Virus record (IMG/VR): IMGVR_UViG_3300028571_000011
Reading direction: 5' to 3' (one strand)
Length of the DNA stretch: 64,000 nt
Origin: a virus
Taxonomy: Duplodnaviria > Heunggongvirae > Uroviricota > Caudoviricetes
In this document: positions 32,392-42,072 of the stretch, one piece after another
How the letters are laid out: each line of letters opens with the position of its first letter
How positions within the stretch are numbered: position 1 is the stretch's first letter
Notes under the pieces: generated by a model
Seen by the model: the letters and a program-made list of their open reading frames with translations, nothing else
Database searches by the model: none
What the model was told of the DNA's origin: nothing
Made by a program: the position numbers and the translations under genes

Positions 32392-32654
32392 CCATGACCA
32401 ACAAACTCTGCTATCTCTGTGGTAAAAGGCTGTCCACCACAAGTGACGGTGTATTACGAGCACACAAATTCAGGGCGGTACTTCCCAAAGCGCTCGGTGG
32501 GGTCTCCGTTCGACGCCCCGGTTCTGGCCAACCTTCAGGTTGGCAGGGCAAGGACGATGAGCCGCCGTTCTGCCCAGATTGCAACGGGACAGGCGAAGAC
32601 GATTTCGGACCCTGTTTGAGTTGCAGTCAACGAGCACAGAAAGCATCAACATGA
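32388..32654 (+). CDS. small zinc-ribbon-like protein
   Basis: CYLCGK...CPDCNGTGE...CLSC. Confidence 0.4.
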   Translation: MTMTNKLCYLCGKRLSTTSDGVLRAHKFRAVLPKALGGVSVRRPGSGQPSGWQGKDDEPPFCPDCNGTGEDDFGPCLSCSQRAQKAST

Positions 32655-32959
32655 CAACGACAACGACGATGGCGGACGAGACGTTGCGACAGCTTGGTGG
32701 TGCGAACCGCCTGCGTGCGATGATTGGCCTGTCTGCGTGCTACCACGACAACGGTGGCCGGACGCTGATCCTCAAGTTCCCAAACAAGCGTGGCGCCAAC
32801 AACGCACGCATCACAGTGGCGGCTGACGACACCTACACGGTCGAGTTGACCCGTGTGCGTGGCACGACCGTCAAGACGACACTGACCGAAGCTGGTGTCT
32901 ACAACGATCGCCTTCGCGGTGTCCTTGAACAAGGCACCGGCCTTGCTTGGGCTCTGTAG
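32651..32959 (+). CDS. hypothetical protein
   Basis: ATG at 32651 inside ORF 32579..32959. Confidence 0.45.
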   Translation: MTTTTTMADETLRQLGGANRLRAMIGLSACYHDNGGRTLILKFPNKRGANNARITVAADDTYTVELTRVRGTTVKTTLTEAGVYNDRLRGVLEQGTGLAWAL

Positions 32960-33149
32960 TTGGGAGGTGCTGAATGATGGACGACAAACTGGACAGACAT
33001 CCCCGACGGGATGTCTGAAGACCTGATGTGTGAGGTCTGCCACAAGCACGTGGGACTCGGTCGCACTGCGACTACCACATCTGCAGCAGCGAACACTGCT
33101 TCGATGTGGCAGTAGACAACGTCGCTTCGCGTCGTGAGTAAAGAGAAGC

Positions 33150-33177
33150 TTGACTTCTTCGTGTGATCTGATAATGT
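33150..33177 (+). promoter_or_regulatory. conserved promoter cassette: -35 TTGACT, -10 TAATGT
   Basis: AGCTTGACTTCTTCGTGTGATCTGATAATGT. Confidence 0.5.
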
Positions 33178-33196
33178 CTTTTCAAGGAGAAACCTC

Positions 33197-33430
33197 ATGA
33201 ATTCAACTCAATTCTTCCGAAGCCAAGTCGAACTCGCCACGGCTTCCGACAATGACCGTCTTGCACTGACGCTGGGCAAACCGACGACGGCAGAAGCCAT
33301 CAGGTCGATGCCGCAGCTTGCCCAGCGTCAGGATTCCCTGACTGATCAGTTGCGGACTCTCATCGATGCTGCCAACAAGCTCGGCTGCTACGACGCCGCT
33401 GACTTCATCTCGTCCCGCCTTCGCTCCTGA
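33197..33430 (+). CDS. hypothetical protein
   Basis: 77 aa; GGAGAAACC RBS. Confidence 0.45.
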   Translation: MNSTQFFRSQVELATASDNDRLALTLGKPTTAEAIRSMPQLAQRQDSLTDQLRTLIDAANKLGCYDAADFISSRLRS

Positions 33431-33437
33431 GGTCAAC

Positions 33438-33656
33438 ATGCCTGTCGAGTACCTCGATGGTGAGGCGAATGCCAAGCTGATCGCAGCTGCACCTGCCCTG
33501 TTCGAGTCCATCGACGTCCAAGCTCTCCAGTGGTTCTATGATCGTCTGGTCCACGTCCATAAGGAGAACGCGGGCTACGACTACATGCTCAAGTTCAAAG
33601 GGATCATCGACCGGCAGACTGCAGCGCTTGCAGCCGCCAGCGTAGACGATCCTTAA
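33438..33656 (+). CDS. hypothetical protein
   Basis: ATG at 33438 inside ORF 33366..33656. Confidence 0.4.
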   Translation: MPVEYLDGEANAKLIAAAPALFESIDVQALQWFYDRLVHVHKENAGYDYMLKFKGIIDRQTAALAAASVDDP

Positions 33657-33664
33657 AGCTACGC

Positions 33665-33692
33665 TTGACTTCTTCCAGTGTTCTGGTATAAG
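33665..33692 (+). promoter_or_regulatory. conserved promoter cassette: -35 TTGACT, extended -10 TGGTATAAG
   Basis: CGCTTGACTTCTTCCAGTGTTCTGGTATAAG. Confidence 0.5.
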
Positions 33693-33724
33693 AAGTTCAA
33701 CAACCCCCTGCTCTGGAGTAACGA

Positions 33725-33997
33725 ATGAAGACGACGAACAAGGCTCAGATCGAACAGAACAAGAAGCGCATCGTTGAGCTTGTGCAGACCATGGCCACGT
33801 CGATCGTGGAGAGCGAAGAGAAGCGCGTTGGTCACTTCGGGTCTGGTGGTCGTGGCATGTCTTTCTTCCTCAGCGTCTACACGGCTGACGCTGGCAAGTT
33901 CCGCATGTACGCCAACGGCGCCAACGAGACGGAGCTTGACGCTGCCTTCAAGGCCCGCCTGCCGGGGTACCTCTACATGGAATCCGCCCTCGACTGA
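33725..33997 (+). CDS. hypothetical protein
   Basis: 90 aa; GGAG RBS. Confidence 0.45.
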   Translation: MKTTNKAQIEQNKKRIVELVQTMATSIVESEEKRVGHFGSGGRGMSFFLSVYTADAGKFRMYANGANETELDAAFKARLPGYLYMESALD

Positions 33998-34009
33998 AAG
34001 GACTTCAAA

Positions 34010-34282
34010 GTGAAGATGACATTCAAAATGCACGGTCGGCGTAGTGGCGCTCTTGGCATCTGCTACACCATTGGCAACTTCGATGGTGAAGGAACCGACC
34101 TCAACACCTGCAGAGAATCTGCCATGCTCGAAGCCTACAAGGCTGGCTGGGAACACCTGACCACACAGTACGTCAGCACGGAAGGCGAGGACCGCCTTCC
34201 CCCGCCTCCAGTGAAGGTTCCAGTCGCACAACTTGGCATCCCCATTGTTGTGTTCGAAGCAGAGATGACGGTGAAGAAATGA
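34010..34282 (+). CDS. hypothetical protein
   Basis: 90 aa. Confidence 0.4.
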   Translation: MKMTFKMHGRRSGALGICYTIGNFDGEGTDLNTCRESAMLEAYKAGWEHLTTQYVSTEGEDRLPPPPVKVPVAQLGIPIVVFEAEMTVKK

Positions 34283-34839
34283 CCGCAGTTGATGTGTTCC
34301 TTTCTCTCGCCATGGCCTACTCTGCAGTCGTCACGATTGGGACAAGGGAAGTCCTCAAGCGGAACAAAGATCTGGTCGACAAGCTGGATGAACAAAGGCT
34401 GCACAGTAGTAGCCTTGAACTCAGGCTTGAGGGTTCGAAACAACTCGGCAACCGATTGCTTGCCGCCAACGACGAGCTTGCTACCTCTCTGGTGACAGAC
34501 GATGTCATCACCAAATACCTGCAGAAGAACCCGGACGCGATCAGCCAGCAGAAGATTGAGGAGGTACTCCGCACCAATGGGGTAGCTCACAACTGGCGGG
34601 AAGCTGGCAACCGGGTCATTCCAGTCATCTCCAAGGAGGCTGGTCGGAATGTGACTCGGAAGTACAAGCTCCGCACTGATGTGTGCCGCACGTGCCGAAC
34701 GGAGCGCCAGTACTTCATCGATGGTGGTCATGACAGCATCACGCACATGGAGGGTTTCTACCTCGCTGGTGCCAAACTGACGACTGGTCATTTGCCTCGC
34801 TGCTCTGTTCTTCCGAGCACTCTTCAATACGGACGGTGA
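34279..34839 (+). CDS. hypothetical protein
   Basis: 186 aa; ATGA overlap. Confidence 0.5.
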   Translation: MTAVDVFLSLAMAYSAVVTIGTREVLKRNKDLVDKLDEQRLHSSSLELRLEGSKQLGNRLLAANDELATSLVTDDVITKYLQKNPDAISQQKIEEVLRTNGVAHNWREAGNRVIPVISKEAGRNVTRKYKLRTDVCRTCRTERQYFIDGGHDSITHMEGFYLAGAKLTTGHLPRCSVLPSTLQYGR

Positions 34840-34840
34840 T

Positions 34841-35230
34841 ATGAGAGTGCTTGCTGTTGATGACGACCCTGACCTGCTGAAGCTCATCAGCATCCTGTTG
34901 AGTGCTCGTGGTCATGCCGTTGAGACCAGAACCAGCGGCTTTGGAGTCGTCAACATCTTGGCCGGTCGTGATGGTCCCCAGCCACAGGTCTGCATTCTCG
35001 ACAACTTCATGCCTGAAATCAGTGGACTGGCAATCCTGAGCTTGATAGTAGCTACGCCGTCAGCCTGCAACATTCCGATCATCTTCCACTCAGCACAAGC
35101 GTCCCTCCGAGAAGAAGTCCTGAACTCAGGACACAAGAACATCCTGTTCCTTCTCAAGAGCCGCATGTCCACGCTGGCCAGTATCGTGAGCTACTACAAC
35201 GAGACCGGCCACTTCCCCACCGAACAGTAA
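34841..35230 (+). CDS. stand-alone response-regulator receiver (REC/CheY-like) domain protein
   Basis: MRVLAVDDDPDLLKLI...VCILDNFMPEISGLAIL; no output domain. Confidence 0.6.
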   Translation: MRVLAVDDDPDLLKLISILLSARGHAVETRTSGFGVVNILAGRDGPQPQVCILDNFMPEISGLAILSLIVATPSACNIPIIFHSAQASLREEVLNSGHKNILFLLKSRMSTLASIVSYYNETGHFPTEQ

Positions 35231-35238
35231 AGCTATGC

Positions 35239-35266
35239 TTGACTTATCTGTGTGATCTGATAAGGT
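35239..35266 (+). promoter_or_regulatory. conserved promoter cassette: -35 TTGACT, -10 TAAGGT (TGA-extended)
   Basis: AAAGCTATGCTTGACTTATCTGTGTGATCTGATAAGGTA. Confidence 0.55.
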
Positions 35267-35272
35267 AGCCAT

Positions 35273-35428
35273 ATGAAAATGACGACCGAAGAGAAGGCAG
35301 CTGCGATGACTCTCTCGACGGCGCGGGACATCCTGTCGACCATCGACAAGGGTTGGAGTCCGTCGCAGATTGCTCGCGCAAAGACCGTCGCCAACATGTG
35401 GGCAAAGCGTCGATCGGCCAAGAAGTAA
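35273..35428 (+). CDS. small basic protein (51 aa)
   Basis: ATG 7 nt after the -10, near-leaderless; below the ORF-track cutoff. Confidence 0.4.
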   Translation: MKMTTEEKAAAMTLSTARDILSTIDKGWSPSQIARAKTVANMWAKRRSAKK

Positions 35429-35440
35429 CTGGAGGTCTCA

Positions 35441-35767
35441 ATGGTTACGGTGCAAGTTCTTCCTGAAAGTCTCGAAGGTCTCACGAGGTCCATTCTCGCG
35501 GCTGGGGTTGAGAACGTCTTGTTCATGGTCCCCATGCGTCCTCGGCGGTCAGCAGTGTTCGGTTTGTTCCGCTACACGTCGAGCGAAGACCCTGAGGTCA
35601 CGGTGCCTGCCCGCATCACCGAAGAGCGATACAAGATCGCCGACAACTACAAGATCCAAGTTGAGGCCACGTGGGAACTCTTCGGTCGAGAGAGCTTCTA
35701 CATCTCCGACCTCCAGTCGATGATTCGTGACGGTCGCATTCAGATGTTCATCAAAACCTCGGTCTGA
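35441..35767 (+). CDS. hypothetical protein
   Basis: 108 aa; GGAGG RBS. Confidence 0.5.
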   Translation: MVTVQVLPESLEGLTRSILAAGVENVLFMVPMRPRRSAVFGLFRYTSSEDPEVTVPARITEERYKIADNYKIQVEATWELFGRESFYISDLQSMIRDGRIQMFIKTSV

Positions 35768-35794
35768 AAACGTCAGCTACAGTACGGAGCTACC

Positions 35795-36103
35795 ATGCGT
35801 GAACGCAAGACCACCTCTCTTCAAAGCCTCGTCGACGAAGTCAACGAACGCAATCGGAACTCCACCTGTGCCCCCGCCACCCGCAATGGCTGGAGCGACG
35901 TTCTGGAGTGGACGCTGATGCGGGCCAACGCCTATAAAGGCTTTCGCTACCTGCGGAAGCACGAGGTCCCCGAAGGGGAGAAGCCCGGTATCAATGACCT
36001 TGAATATGGCATTGATTACCCCGGTCTCTTGGGCATCAGCGATGAGGACCACGAGAAGATGTTCGCCAACACCGACGAGTCCCGTCGCCACTACTTCATC
36101 TGA
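35795..36103 (+). CDS. hypothetical protein
   Basis: 102 aa. Confidence 0.5.
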   Translation: MRERKTTSLQSLVDEVNERNRNSTCAPATRNGWSDVLEWTLMRANAYKGFRYLRKHEVPEGEKPGINDLEYGIDYPGLLGISDEDHEKMFANTDESRRHYFI

Positions 36104-36114
36104 GAGATGACCAA

Positions 36115-36450
36115 ATGCAGTACCCAATCAAGATCGATACTCACAATGGAAACGTGACAGGGGACGCCAGCCTTCTGAACTGGGTTCACGTTGTCATTGG
36201 TTCAATCAACCAAGGTGGTGCACCCGGTATCATGGCAGCCAGAGCCATCAACGCCATGGTCATCGGTGGCTGGATTCCTCCTGCATTGCAGGATGATCAA
36301 ACGAGCAACGCCATCGACGACGCCGCTGTCGAAGTTGCAGACCTGATGCTGCGGTCCATGAGTTGCTCTGACGAGGAAATTGCTGGCATCCGTGCCATGA
36401 CGGTTGAAGCAATCCAACGCTACAAAGCGTTGAAAGAAGGTGAGCGATGA
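36115..36450 (+). CDS. hypothetical protein
   Basis: 111 aa. Confidence 0.5.
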   Translation: MQYPIKIDTHNGNVTGDASLLNWVHVVIGSINQGGAPGIMAARAINAMVIGGWIPPALQDDQTSNAIDDAAVEVADLMLRSMSCSDEEIAGIRAMTVEAIQRYKALKEGER

Positions 36451-36821
36451 GCACTCCCAACGACGTTGACAGCCTGTTCGTCATCTCAGTCACGCGAGAT
36501 GACGGACGTCAGTTCTTCATGTGCCAAGACGACAACGGTCCGTGGTTCTCCACCGGCCTGAGCAAAGCTGCCTTCTTCAAGTCGGAAGACGAAGCGAAGG
36601 AGGACTTCGCTACTGAGTTGAGGCGTGGAGTCATGCACAGTGCGGCTGGCTGCTGGAATGACCAACCAGTCCGGAAGACCAACGTCTCTCTTCACCGTGT
36701 GCAACTGACCACCGTGGAAAGCGTTGACACGACGGTCAGCATTGATGTAGGAACAGCGAGGAAAACTGTCACTGTGACCGACGACGGCGAGCCGTTCCGA
36801 GGCTTCAACTTCGATCACTGA
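36447..36821 (+). CDS. hypothetical protein
   Basis: 124 aa; ATGA overlap. Confidence 0.5.
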   Translation: MSTPNDVDSLFVISVTRDDGRQFFMCQDDNGPWFSTGLSKAAFFKSEDEAKEDFATELRRGVMHSAAGCWNDQPVRKTNVSLHRVQLTTVESVDTTVSIDVGTARKTVTVTDDGEPFRGFNFDH

Positions 36822-36833
36822 ACTGGGGATGGG

Positions 36834-37064
36834 ATGACCGACAACGACAGTCCGAAGTTGCACGATGCCGGTTACGGTGTGGGCTGGGTCATCTCGGGTG
36901 GCCTCGATACATACGAGGAAGAGGATCCGCACTACGGTCACAAAGTGATGAGGACATCCTGCTGGCAACGAGTACGATGTCACAGCTGCGGTGTTGACTT
37001 CTACAGACTTGAACCACACGACGCCGCGAACTGCACCAAGAAGCCAGTGGACGACACGGAGTAA
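36834..37064 (+). CDS. hypothetical protein
   Basis: 76 aa. Confidence 0.45.
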   Translation: MTDNDSPKLHDAGYGVGWVISGGLDTYEEEDPHYGHKVMRTSCWQRVRCHSCGVDFYRLEPHDAANCTKKPVDDTE

Positions 37065-37067
37065 GCA

Positions 37068-37334
37068 ATGATGAAGATCGTCAAGAAGAGCCACACAGAC
37101 CACGGACTCACCGTACGACAGATGGCTCACCTGATCTTCCGTTTCCAGAAGCGGGATGGCTTCTTCATCGAGACGTTCGAGTTGCCAGAGCACCTTGGAA
37201 CAGTCCCAGCTGAGTTGTACGGGCCGTCAGCTGGTGATCCTCCTGTGAGACAGACGTTGTCTACGTCCGCCGTGGTGGTCGCGACGTCCGTAGCCGCACC
37301 GTTGACCGTCCAGTCCGCCAAACGCGCACGGTGA
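37068..37334 (+). CDS. hypothetical protein
   Basis: 88 aa. Confidence 0.45.
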   Translation: MMKIVKKSHTDHGLTVRQMAHLIFRFQKRDGFFIETFELPEHLGTVPAELYGPSAGDPPVRQTLSTSAVVVATSVAAPLTVQSAKRAR

Positions 37335-37516
37335 CTGTCATCGCTGGCCCAATCGACGATGAACCCTGTGCCCTCTATACGGTCTACGGTGGTCTGCAGG
37401 CCCCACGTGAACCAGAGGACATCAGCATTGACGATGTCGGAGAACTCATGGCATCACGACTCTTCTGGAAGCAGCACGCCTTGTGCTCGAAACCAGACGA
37501 TAGGAAATCACGATGA
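37331..37516 (+). CDS. hypothetical protein
   Basis: 61 aa; overlapping stop/start. Confidence 0.35.
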   Translation: MTVIAGPIDDEPCALYTVYGGLQAPREPEDISIDDVGELMASRLFWKQHALCSKPDDRKSR

Positions 37517-37746
37517 CACAAGAACTCATTGCCAAAGCCGTCAATGACATTGACGAAGCATTCAAGTCCCTGAACGAACAGCGCGTCATCAGCCACAAGC
37601 TCCTCATTGCCTGCCTCACCGGCAACAGCGAGGCGTCGACCATCGCTTGGCAGGACTCGATGAACATCGAGATGAAGATAGAAACCATCTACGACATGTG
37701 TCTCGTCAACCTCCACAACTGCTGCTCGAAGCCTGAGGACGAATGA
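37513..37746 (+). CDS. hypothetical protein
   Basis: 77 aa. Confidence 0.45.
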   Translation: MTQELIAKAVNDIDEAFKSLNEQRVISHKLLIACLTGNSEASTIAWQDSMNIEMKIETIYDMCLVNLHNCCSKPEDE

Positions 37747-38030
37747 ACCAGCAGTGGCCCACTGCCCCGGTCAGCAAGGACACACGTGATTGTTTTGGTC
37801 ACGTGTGTCACGAGGTTAACTCAGCGCTTGCAATGCTAAAAAACGGTGTACCGGTGTCTTGGCACACCCTTGAAAAGAAGCTCGCTGTTGCGACCTCCGA
37901 TGAGGAGCGTCTGGCTGCATACAAGCAGTTCGCCCATAGTGTCACGAAACTGAACTTTGCTTCCATTGAACAGCTGAAAAGCCTATCAAATTGGTCAGCT
38001 GATATCTACTTGAACAGGGAACCAAAATGA
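37743..38030 (+). CDS. hypothetical protein
   Basis: 95 aa. Confidence 0.45.
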   Translation: MNQQWPTAPVSKDTRDCFGHVCHEVNSALAMLKNGVPVSWHTLEKKLAVATSDEERLAAYKQFAHSVTKLNFASIEQLKSLSNWSADIYLNREPK

Positions 38031-38329
38031 ACAAAGTATCTGCGAAGGAAGTGGCTGACTTCATCCGTGAGAATGGGCATGAGTTCATGCCCATCAAAAC
38101 CAACAACGACAAGATGCGGAAGTGCTGCGCTTCCAACTTGGCGAGAGCCATCGAGATGCACTTCGCATGGCCGCATGGTCGTCTGGTGTCACCACATCCG
38201 TCTATGGACTCGGCTGTGCTTCAGAACGCCCGAGACCAAGGCCATCCTGACTTCATGGACGCAGCCGGGAACGTAGTGACCACCAGCAGTGGAGGCTACT
38301 GCGTCGAAGTTGGGGTGAGAGCACTCTAG
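38027..38329 (+). CDS. hypothetical protein
   Basis: 100 aa. Confidence 0.45.
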   Translation: MNKVSAKEVADFIRENGHEFMPIKTNNDKMRKCCASNLARAIEMHFAWPHGRLVSPHPSMDSAVLQNARDQGHPDFMDAAGNVVTTSSGGYCVEVGVRAL

Positions 38330-38353
38330 TGGAGACTCCACAGAGGCCAGAAC

Positions 38354-40645
38354 ATGAAGCTCGAAGAAGCCACGTCGAAAGAACAAGTCGCTCAAGCCCT
38401 AGCTGACGGCGACGAAGAGCTTCGCGATAGCGTTGATACCTACTTGGAGGAGGTACGGAACTCCTTCATGAGATCCGATGCTCGGTATGGTGAAGAAGAA
38501 GAGCCATCAGAGGTTACGTACCTCTTTGACGACGACAAGTTCGTAGACAAGGTGATTGTCGAAAGCAAGAGCACGAGCTTCGACCTGTCTCGTGTTCCGC
38601 GCGACAACGTAGTCAGAGAACTGCAGACAGAGCTTTCCTCAAGTACCTCGGTCCATGAGCGGAGGACCTCCTTCAAAGGGTATGGTCCATTCGCCATTAG
38701 CTCAGGCGATCGAGATAGCCCGTCACTGGAATGGAACTACCCACTACCACGGAATAGGTCCTACTTCTTCAGCGACGACCACTTTGACGTTGATGGTTTG
38801 AGACTGAATCATCTGGTTCCAGATGACCTAGTCAAGAGTTTCTGGAAAGATATCGCGACAGACATTGACTCTAGCAATCAAATCGAATGGGGGGATGATA
38901 CTGCTCTGGACCAGAACACAGGCTACGGGCCTGATGAGCCTCACTACTTTGGTCCTTTCTCGGAAGAGAAATGGATTGAATTCTGCCGGGACATCATCAG
39001 GCAGCACATTAATACGCTGGTTGAGTCTGATCCCACGGGCGCTTACACCCTGTTCCTGAACTCGGCACGGTCGGAGACTGGCACTGATACTCCAAGCGGC
39101 GAGCTACTGGCGAAGGCAAAGAAGGTTGCAGAGGACGAAGGTGACGACTTTCCCACTGAGGATATCCTAGACTACGTAGTCAAGTACTTCGAAGCTGATG
39201 ACAGAGACGAGCGAGTTGCCGTCGTTGCTGAGCTTGACCGGAAGCTCATCACTACCTATGAACCAGAGAAGATCGTCACTCTGTACCTTGAAGCAGTTGA
39301 GGACCTTCTGAACCGACGTGACGCGACCGTTGAAGGTATCCTGCGTAAAGGTGAGCGAGGCCAAACTGAACTCCAAATATGGGAAGAGTTGATGGCTGCG
39401 AAGTTCCGTGACAGAGATGAACTCAGAGAGACAGCCGAAGGTTGGTTCGAAGACTGGGAGGGGAGAAGTATCCCAGACGTGAGTGGTCTCGGTCGTGACA
39501 TCGTCAACGTCATCGAACGGTACATCTTCTCGAAAGATCCAGAGAAGGCTATCAACACGTTCATTGATCAGGTGGCAGCAGTCATTCAGACCAACGTCCA
39601 GCTGGGCCAAGAAGGAGCAGACGTCGTCAGGAAGGCTCTTAGAGACGGCAAGTCTTTCAGCAAAGACGACGTGAACAGAATGGCATTCGACTGGGGCGGT
39701 GGCTTCAATAAGGGTTCCACTAAGGAAACCCTCGAAGACTTCGTCTACACGAATACAGCAGCTGGCGAACCTATCGTTGCGAAGTTCATTGAAGACATCA
39801 TCGCTGTCTTGAGCAGCAAGGATTCAGCTGGACCGGAGGGTGCTGCCATTGTCCGCAAGGCAATTGAGGAGAAGCACTTCAGCAAGAAGAACATCTTCAA
39901 GATGGCCCTACGCTGGAGGAGAGGGAAGGGCCAGCATGAGATCAAAGACGAGCTTGAGGACTACGCTCTCGCCATTCTCGACGGCGGTGATGGCATTAAA
40001 GAATCCAATGTGCTTGAGACAATCACAGTGGACGAGTTGAAGAAGCTCGGTATCACCAGTGGTCCTCTCTTCGAGGAAGCTCCTCTGACGCTCGTGAACC
40101 TACCAGCGAAGGACCTCGCTGAGGAAGGCCGACGCATGCGCCATTGCGTTGGCGATGCCCCCAGCTATGCTCGTGAGGTCAGGAACAAGACCAAAGAAAT
40201 CTGGTCACTCCGCACACGGAACAACAAACCAATCTTCACACTGGACATCGACACAAACCTCCACAAGAACAAGAAGCTACCAGCTGACGATACTCCAGAG
40301 CTTTCTGCCAAGAAGGAGCACAAGCGTGCCGAGTTCGTCAAGCAGCTGAAGGGCAAAGCCAATCGCACTCCGGGTCTGGACCGGGCCTACGACACGAAGG
40401 TTACCAAACCAGATGAAGTGGTGCTGTGGAAGTACTTGCTGAAGAAGCTCCACATTGCGCCTGACCAAGTGCATGACTTCACGGCCTGCAACCTGCCGAT
40501 GCCATCAGGTGCACCACAGGTTCAAGCTTCCTTGTCGCAGCAGGTGTCGTTGAGCTTGAGCTTCATTGCTGACCGGCTGAGTTCGTTCGCACCGCGTCAA
40601 CTTGTTGCCGCCCTCGATGAAGCTGCCGAGTTGCTAGCCGAGTAA
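38354..40645 (+). CDS. large protein (763 aa) with a C-terminal HCVGD...SLRT.NNKP domain shared with 25556..27004
   Basis: RRMRHCVGDAPSYAREVRNKTKEIWSLRTRNNKPIFTLDI near the C-terminus; acidic N-terminal region. Confidence 0.6.
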   Translation: MKLEEATSKEQVAQALADGDEELRDSVDTYLEEVRNSFMRSDARYGEEEEPSEVTYLFDDDKFVDKVIVESKSTSFDLSRVPRDNVVRELQTELSSSTSVHERRTSFKGYGPFAISSGDRDSPSLEWNYPLPRNRSYFFSDDHFDVDGLRLNHLVPDDLVKSFWKDIATDIDSSNQIEWGDDTALDQNTGYGPDEPHYFGPFSEEKWIEFCRDIIRQHINTLVESDPTGAYTLFLNSARSETGTDTPSGELLAKAKKVAEDEGDDFPTEDILDYVVKYFEADDRDERVAVVAELDRKLITTYEPEKIVTLYLEAVEDLLNRRDATVEGILRKGERGQTELQIWEELMAAKFRDRDELRETAEGWFEDWEGRSIPDVSGLGRDIVNVIERYIFSKDPEKAINTFIDQVAAVIQTNVQLGQEGADVVRKALRDGKSFSKDDVNRMAFDWGGGFNKGSTKETLEDFVYTNTAAGEPIVAKFIEDIIAVLSSKDSAGPEGAAIVRKAIEEKHFSKKNIFKMALRWRRGKGQHEIKDELEDYALAILDGGDGIKESNVLETITVDELKKLGITSGPLFEEAPLTLVNLPAKDLAEEGRRMRHCVGDAPSYAREVRNKTKEIWSLRTRNNKPIFTLDIDTNLHKNKKLPADDTPELSAKKEHKRAEFVKQLKGKANRTPGLDRAYDTKVTKPDEVVLWKYLLKKLHIAPDQVHDFTACNLPMPSGAPQVQASLSQQVSLSLSFIADRLSSFAPRQLVAALDEAAELLAE

Positions 40646-40653
40646 ACCAGCGC

Positions 40654-40682
40654 TTGACTTAAGCGACGGGACATGCTAGTGA
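40654..40682 (+). promoter_or_regulatory. conserved promoter cassette: -35 TTGACT, -10 TAGTGA
   Basis: CGCTTGACTTAAGCGACGGGACATGCTAGTGA. Confidence 0.4.
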
Positions 40683-40749
40683 TCTCTCATGAGCATGTTC
40701 AAATGTCGATTGCAACGAGGACATCAGCAAAACTCTGTGTGATCAGATC

Positions 40750-41037
40750 ATGAACGGCCAGCCGTGCAATGCGGAGTTCGTGTTCATGAACTCGGTCAAC
40801 GAGACCAACTGCGACGAGGTTGGAGAGATTCCACCGCACATCCTCAAGACGCTGGTGGTGGCTCCGCGCGAGTGGAGCAAGTGCGCTCACTGTGATTGCT
40901 CGAAGGTCATCAACGACACCCGCTACCGGATTCCAGAAGACCACGAGTTGGACAAGCTTCGGCACGTCTTCATCGACCCAGACTTGGTCTCGTATGCGGA
41001 CGTGAAGGAATACGTCGCGAAACGCTTCAAGAGGTAA
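40750..41037 (+). CDS. hypothetical Cys-containing protein
   Basis: 95 aa. Confidence 0.45.
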   Translation: MNGQPCNAEFVFMNSVNETNCDEVGEIPPHILKTLVVAPREWSKCAHCDCSKVINDTRYRIPEDHELDKLRHVFIDPDLVSYADVKEYVAKRFKR

Positions 41038-41177
41038 CGCAATGGCACGAGCAACGTCAGGCACCCCCATCCTCAGCTTCAGTGGTCCCGGATTTTGGAT
41101 TTCAATGTTGTTGTTGATTTTCCTGCCAGAATCTGCTATCAGGATGATCGCTGCTCTCATGAAGAAGGACGAACCAG

Positions 41178-41531
41178 ATGACGATCACCCGTAAGTTCTT
41201 CTGGGTACCTGTGCGTGACGGCTACAAGACCATCACGATTGACTTCCCCTTCTCGGAGCCAACGTCCGTTGCGACTGTCCTGAGCCACAACCAGTTCAAC
41301 ACCGATACTGGTGAACACATCCGTCATGTGAACACCTACGACAAGGACGTCGAGCCGATTCTGCATGACATGTTGATGCACCACGTGAACGTCTTTCTGG
41401 AAGACAGGGTCCACGACTGGTCCATCCATGGTCGTCGCCTGAGCTACGGCAGCCGGGTGTCCAACGGCGGTCACTGGATTGTGGCCATCTGGGACGACAA
41501 CGACAAGTTTCACCCTCGAACCTTCAAGTAG
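41178..41531 (+). CDS. hypothetical protein
   Basis: 117 aa. Confidence 0.5.
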   Translation: MTITRKFFWVPVRDGYKTITIDFPFSEPTSVATVLSHNQFNTDTGEHIRHVNTYDKDVEPILHDMLMHHVNVFLEDRVHDWSIHGRRLSYGSRVSNGGHWIVAIWDDNDKFHPRTFK

Positions 41532-41545
41532 AAAGTAGCACAACC

Positions 41546-42049
41546 ATGAACCAGACGCCTGTTCTTTACGCCTGCCCCCGCTGTACCTCAACCACGATTA
41601 CGGCAAGTCAGTGCCGTGGCTGTGGTCGAGAAGATGGCATCAATCGTGTGCCGCTGTTCGCCGCAGCATCTGATGTGAAGCCCACGCCGCCACCAGTTGC
41701 ACTGCCGAGTTGGTTCCGGCCAGTGACTGGGTTCTCATTCGCCGACAGTGCTGGTGACCACTACATCGTCGTTGGTGTTGGTCGGTTCATGACCACTGAA
41801 ACGATTGGGAACGTGCACTTCAATGGGGAGCTGGCTTCAATCACGAATCCCGCCACCGGTCCTCGTGGACTCGTTGCGGTCATGTGCTACCGTGGTGACT
41901 TCACGCTCATCGAACTTGGTGACAAGGATGCAGAGTTCTGGGCTGACTGCAGCCCAGTTGAAGACAAGGGCGGTTTGATCCTTGTCCTTGAGGACAACCC
42001 CAGCCGAGCGTCGAAGCAGACTTGGTCCATTGGTGTCAGCAACGGCTGA
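41546..42049 (+). CDS. hypothetical protein (N-terminal zinc ribbon CPRC..CRGC)
   Basis: 167 aa. Confidence 0.5.
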   Translation: MNQTPVLYACPRCTSTTITASQCRGCGREDGINRVPLFAAASDVKPTPPPVALPSWFRPVTGFSFADSAGDHYIVVGVGRFMTTETIGNVHFNGELASITNPATGPRGLVAVMCYRGDFTLIELGDKDAEFWADCSPVEDKGGLILVLEDNPSRASKQTWSIGVSNG

Positions 42050-42072
42050 CCGTAACTGAAAGTAGGAAACAA

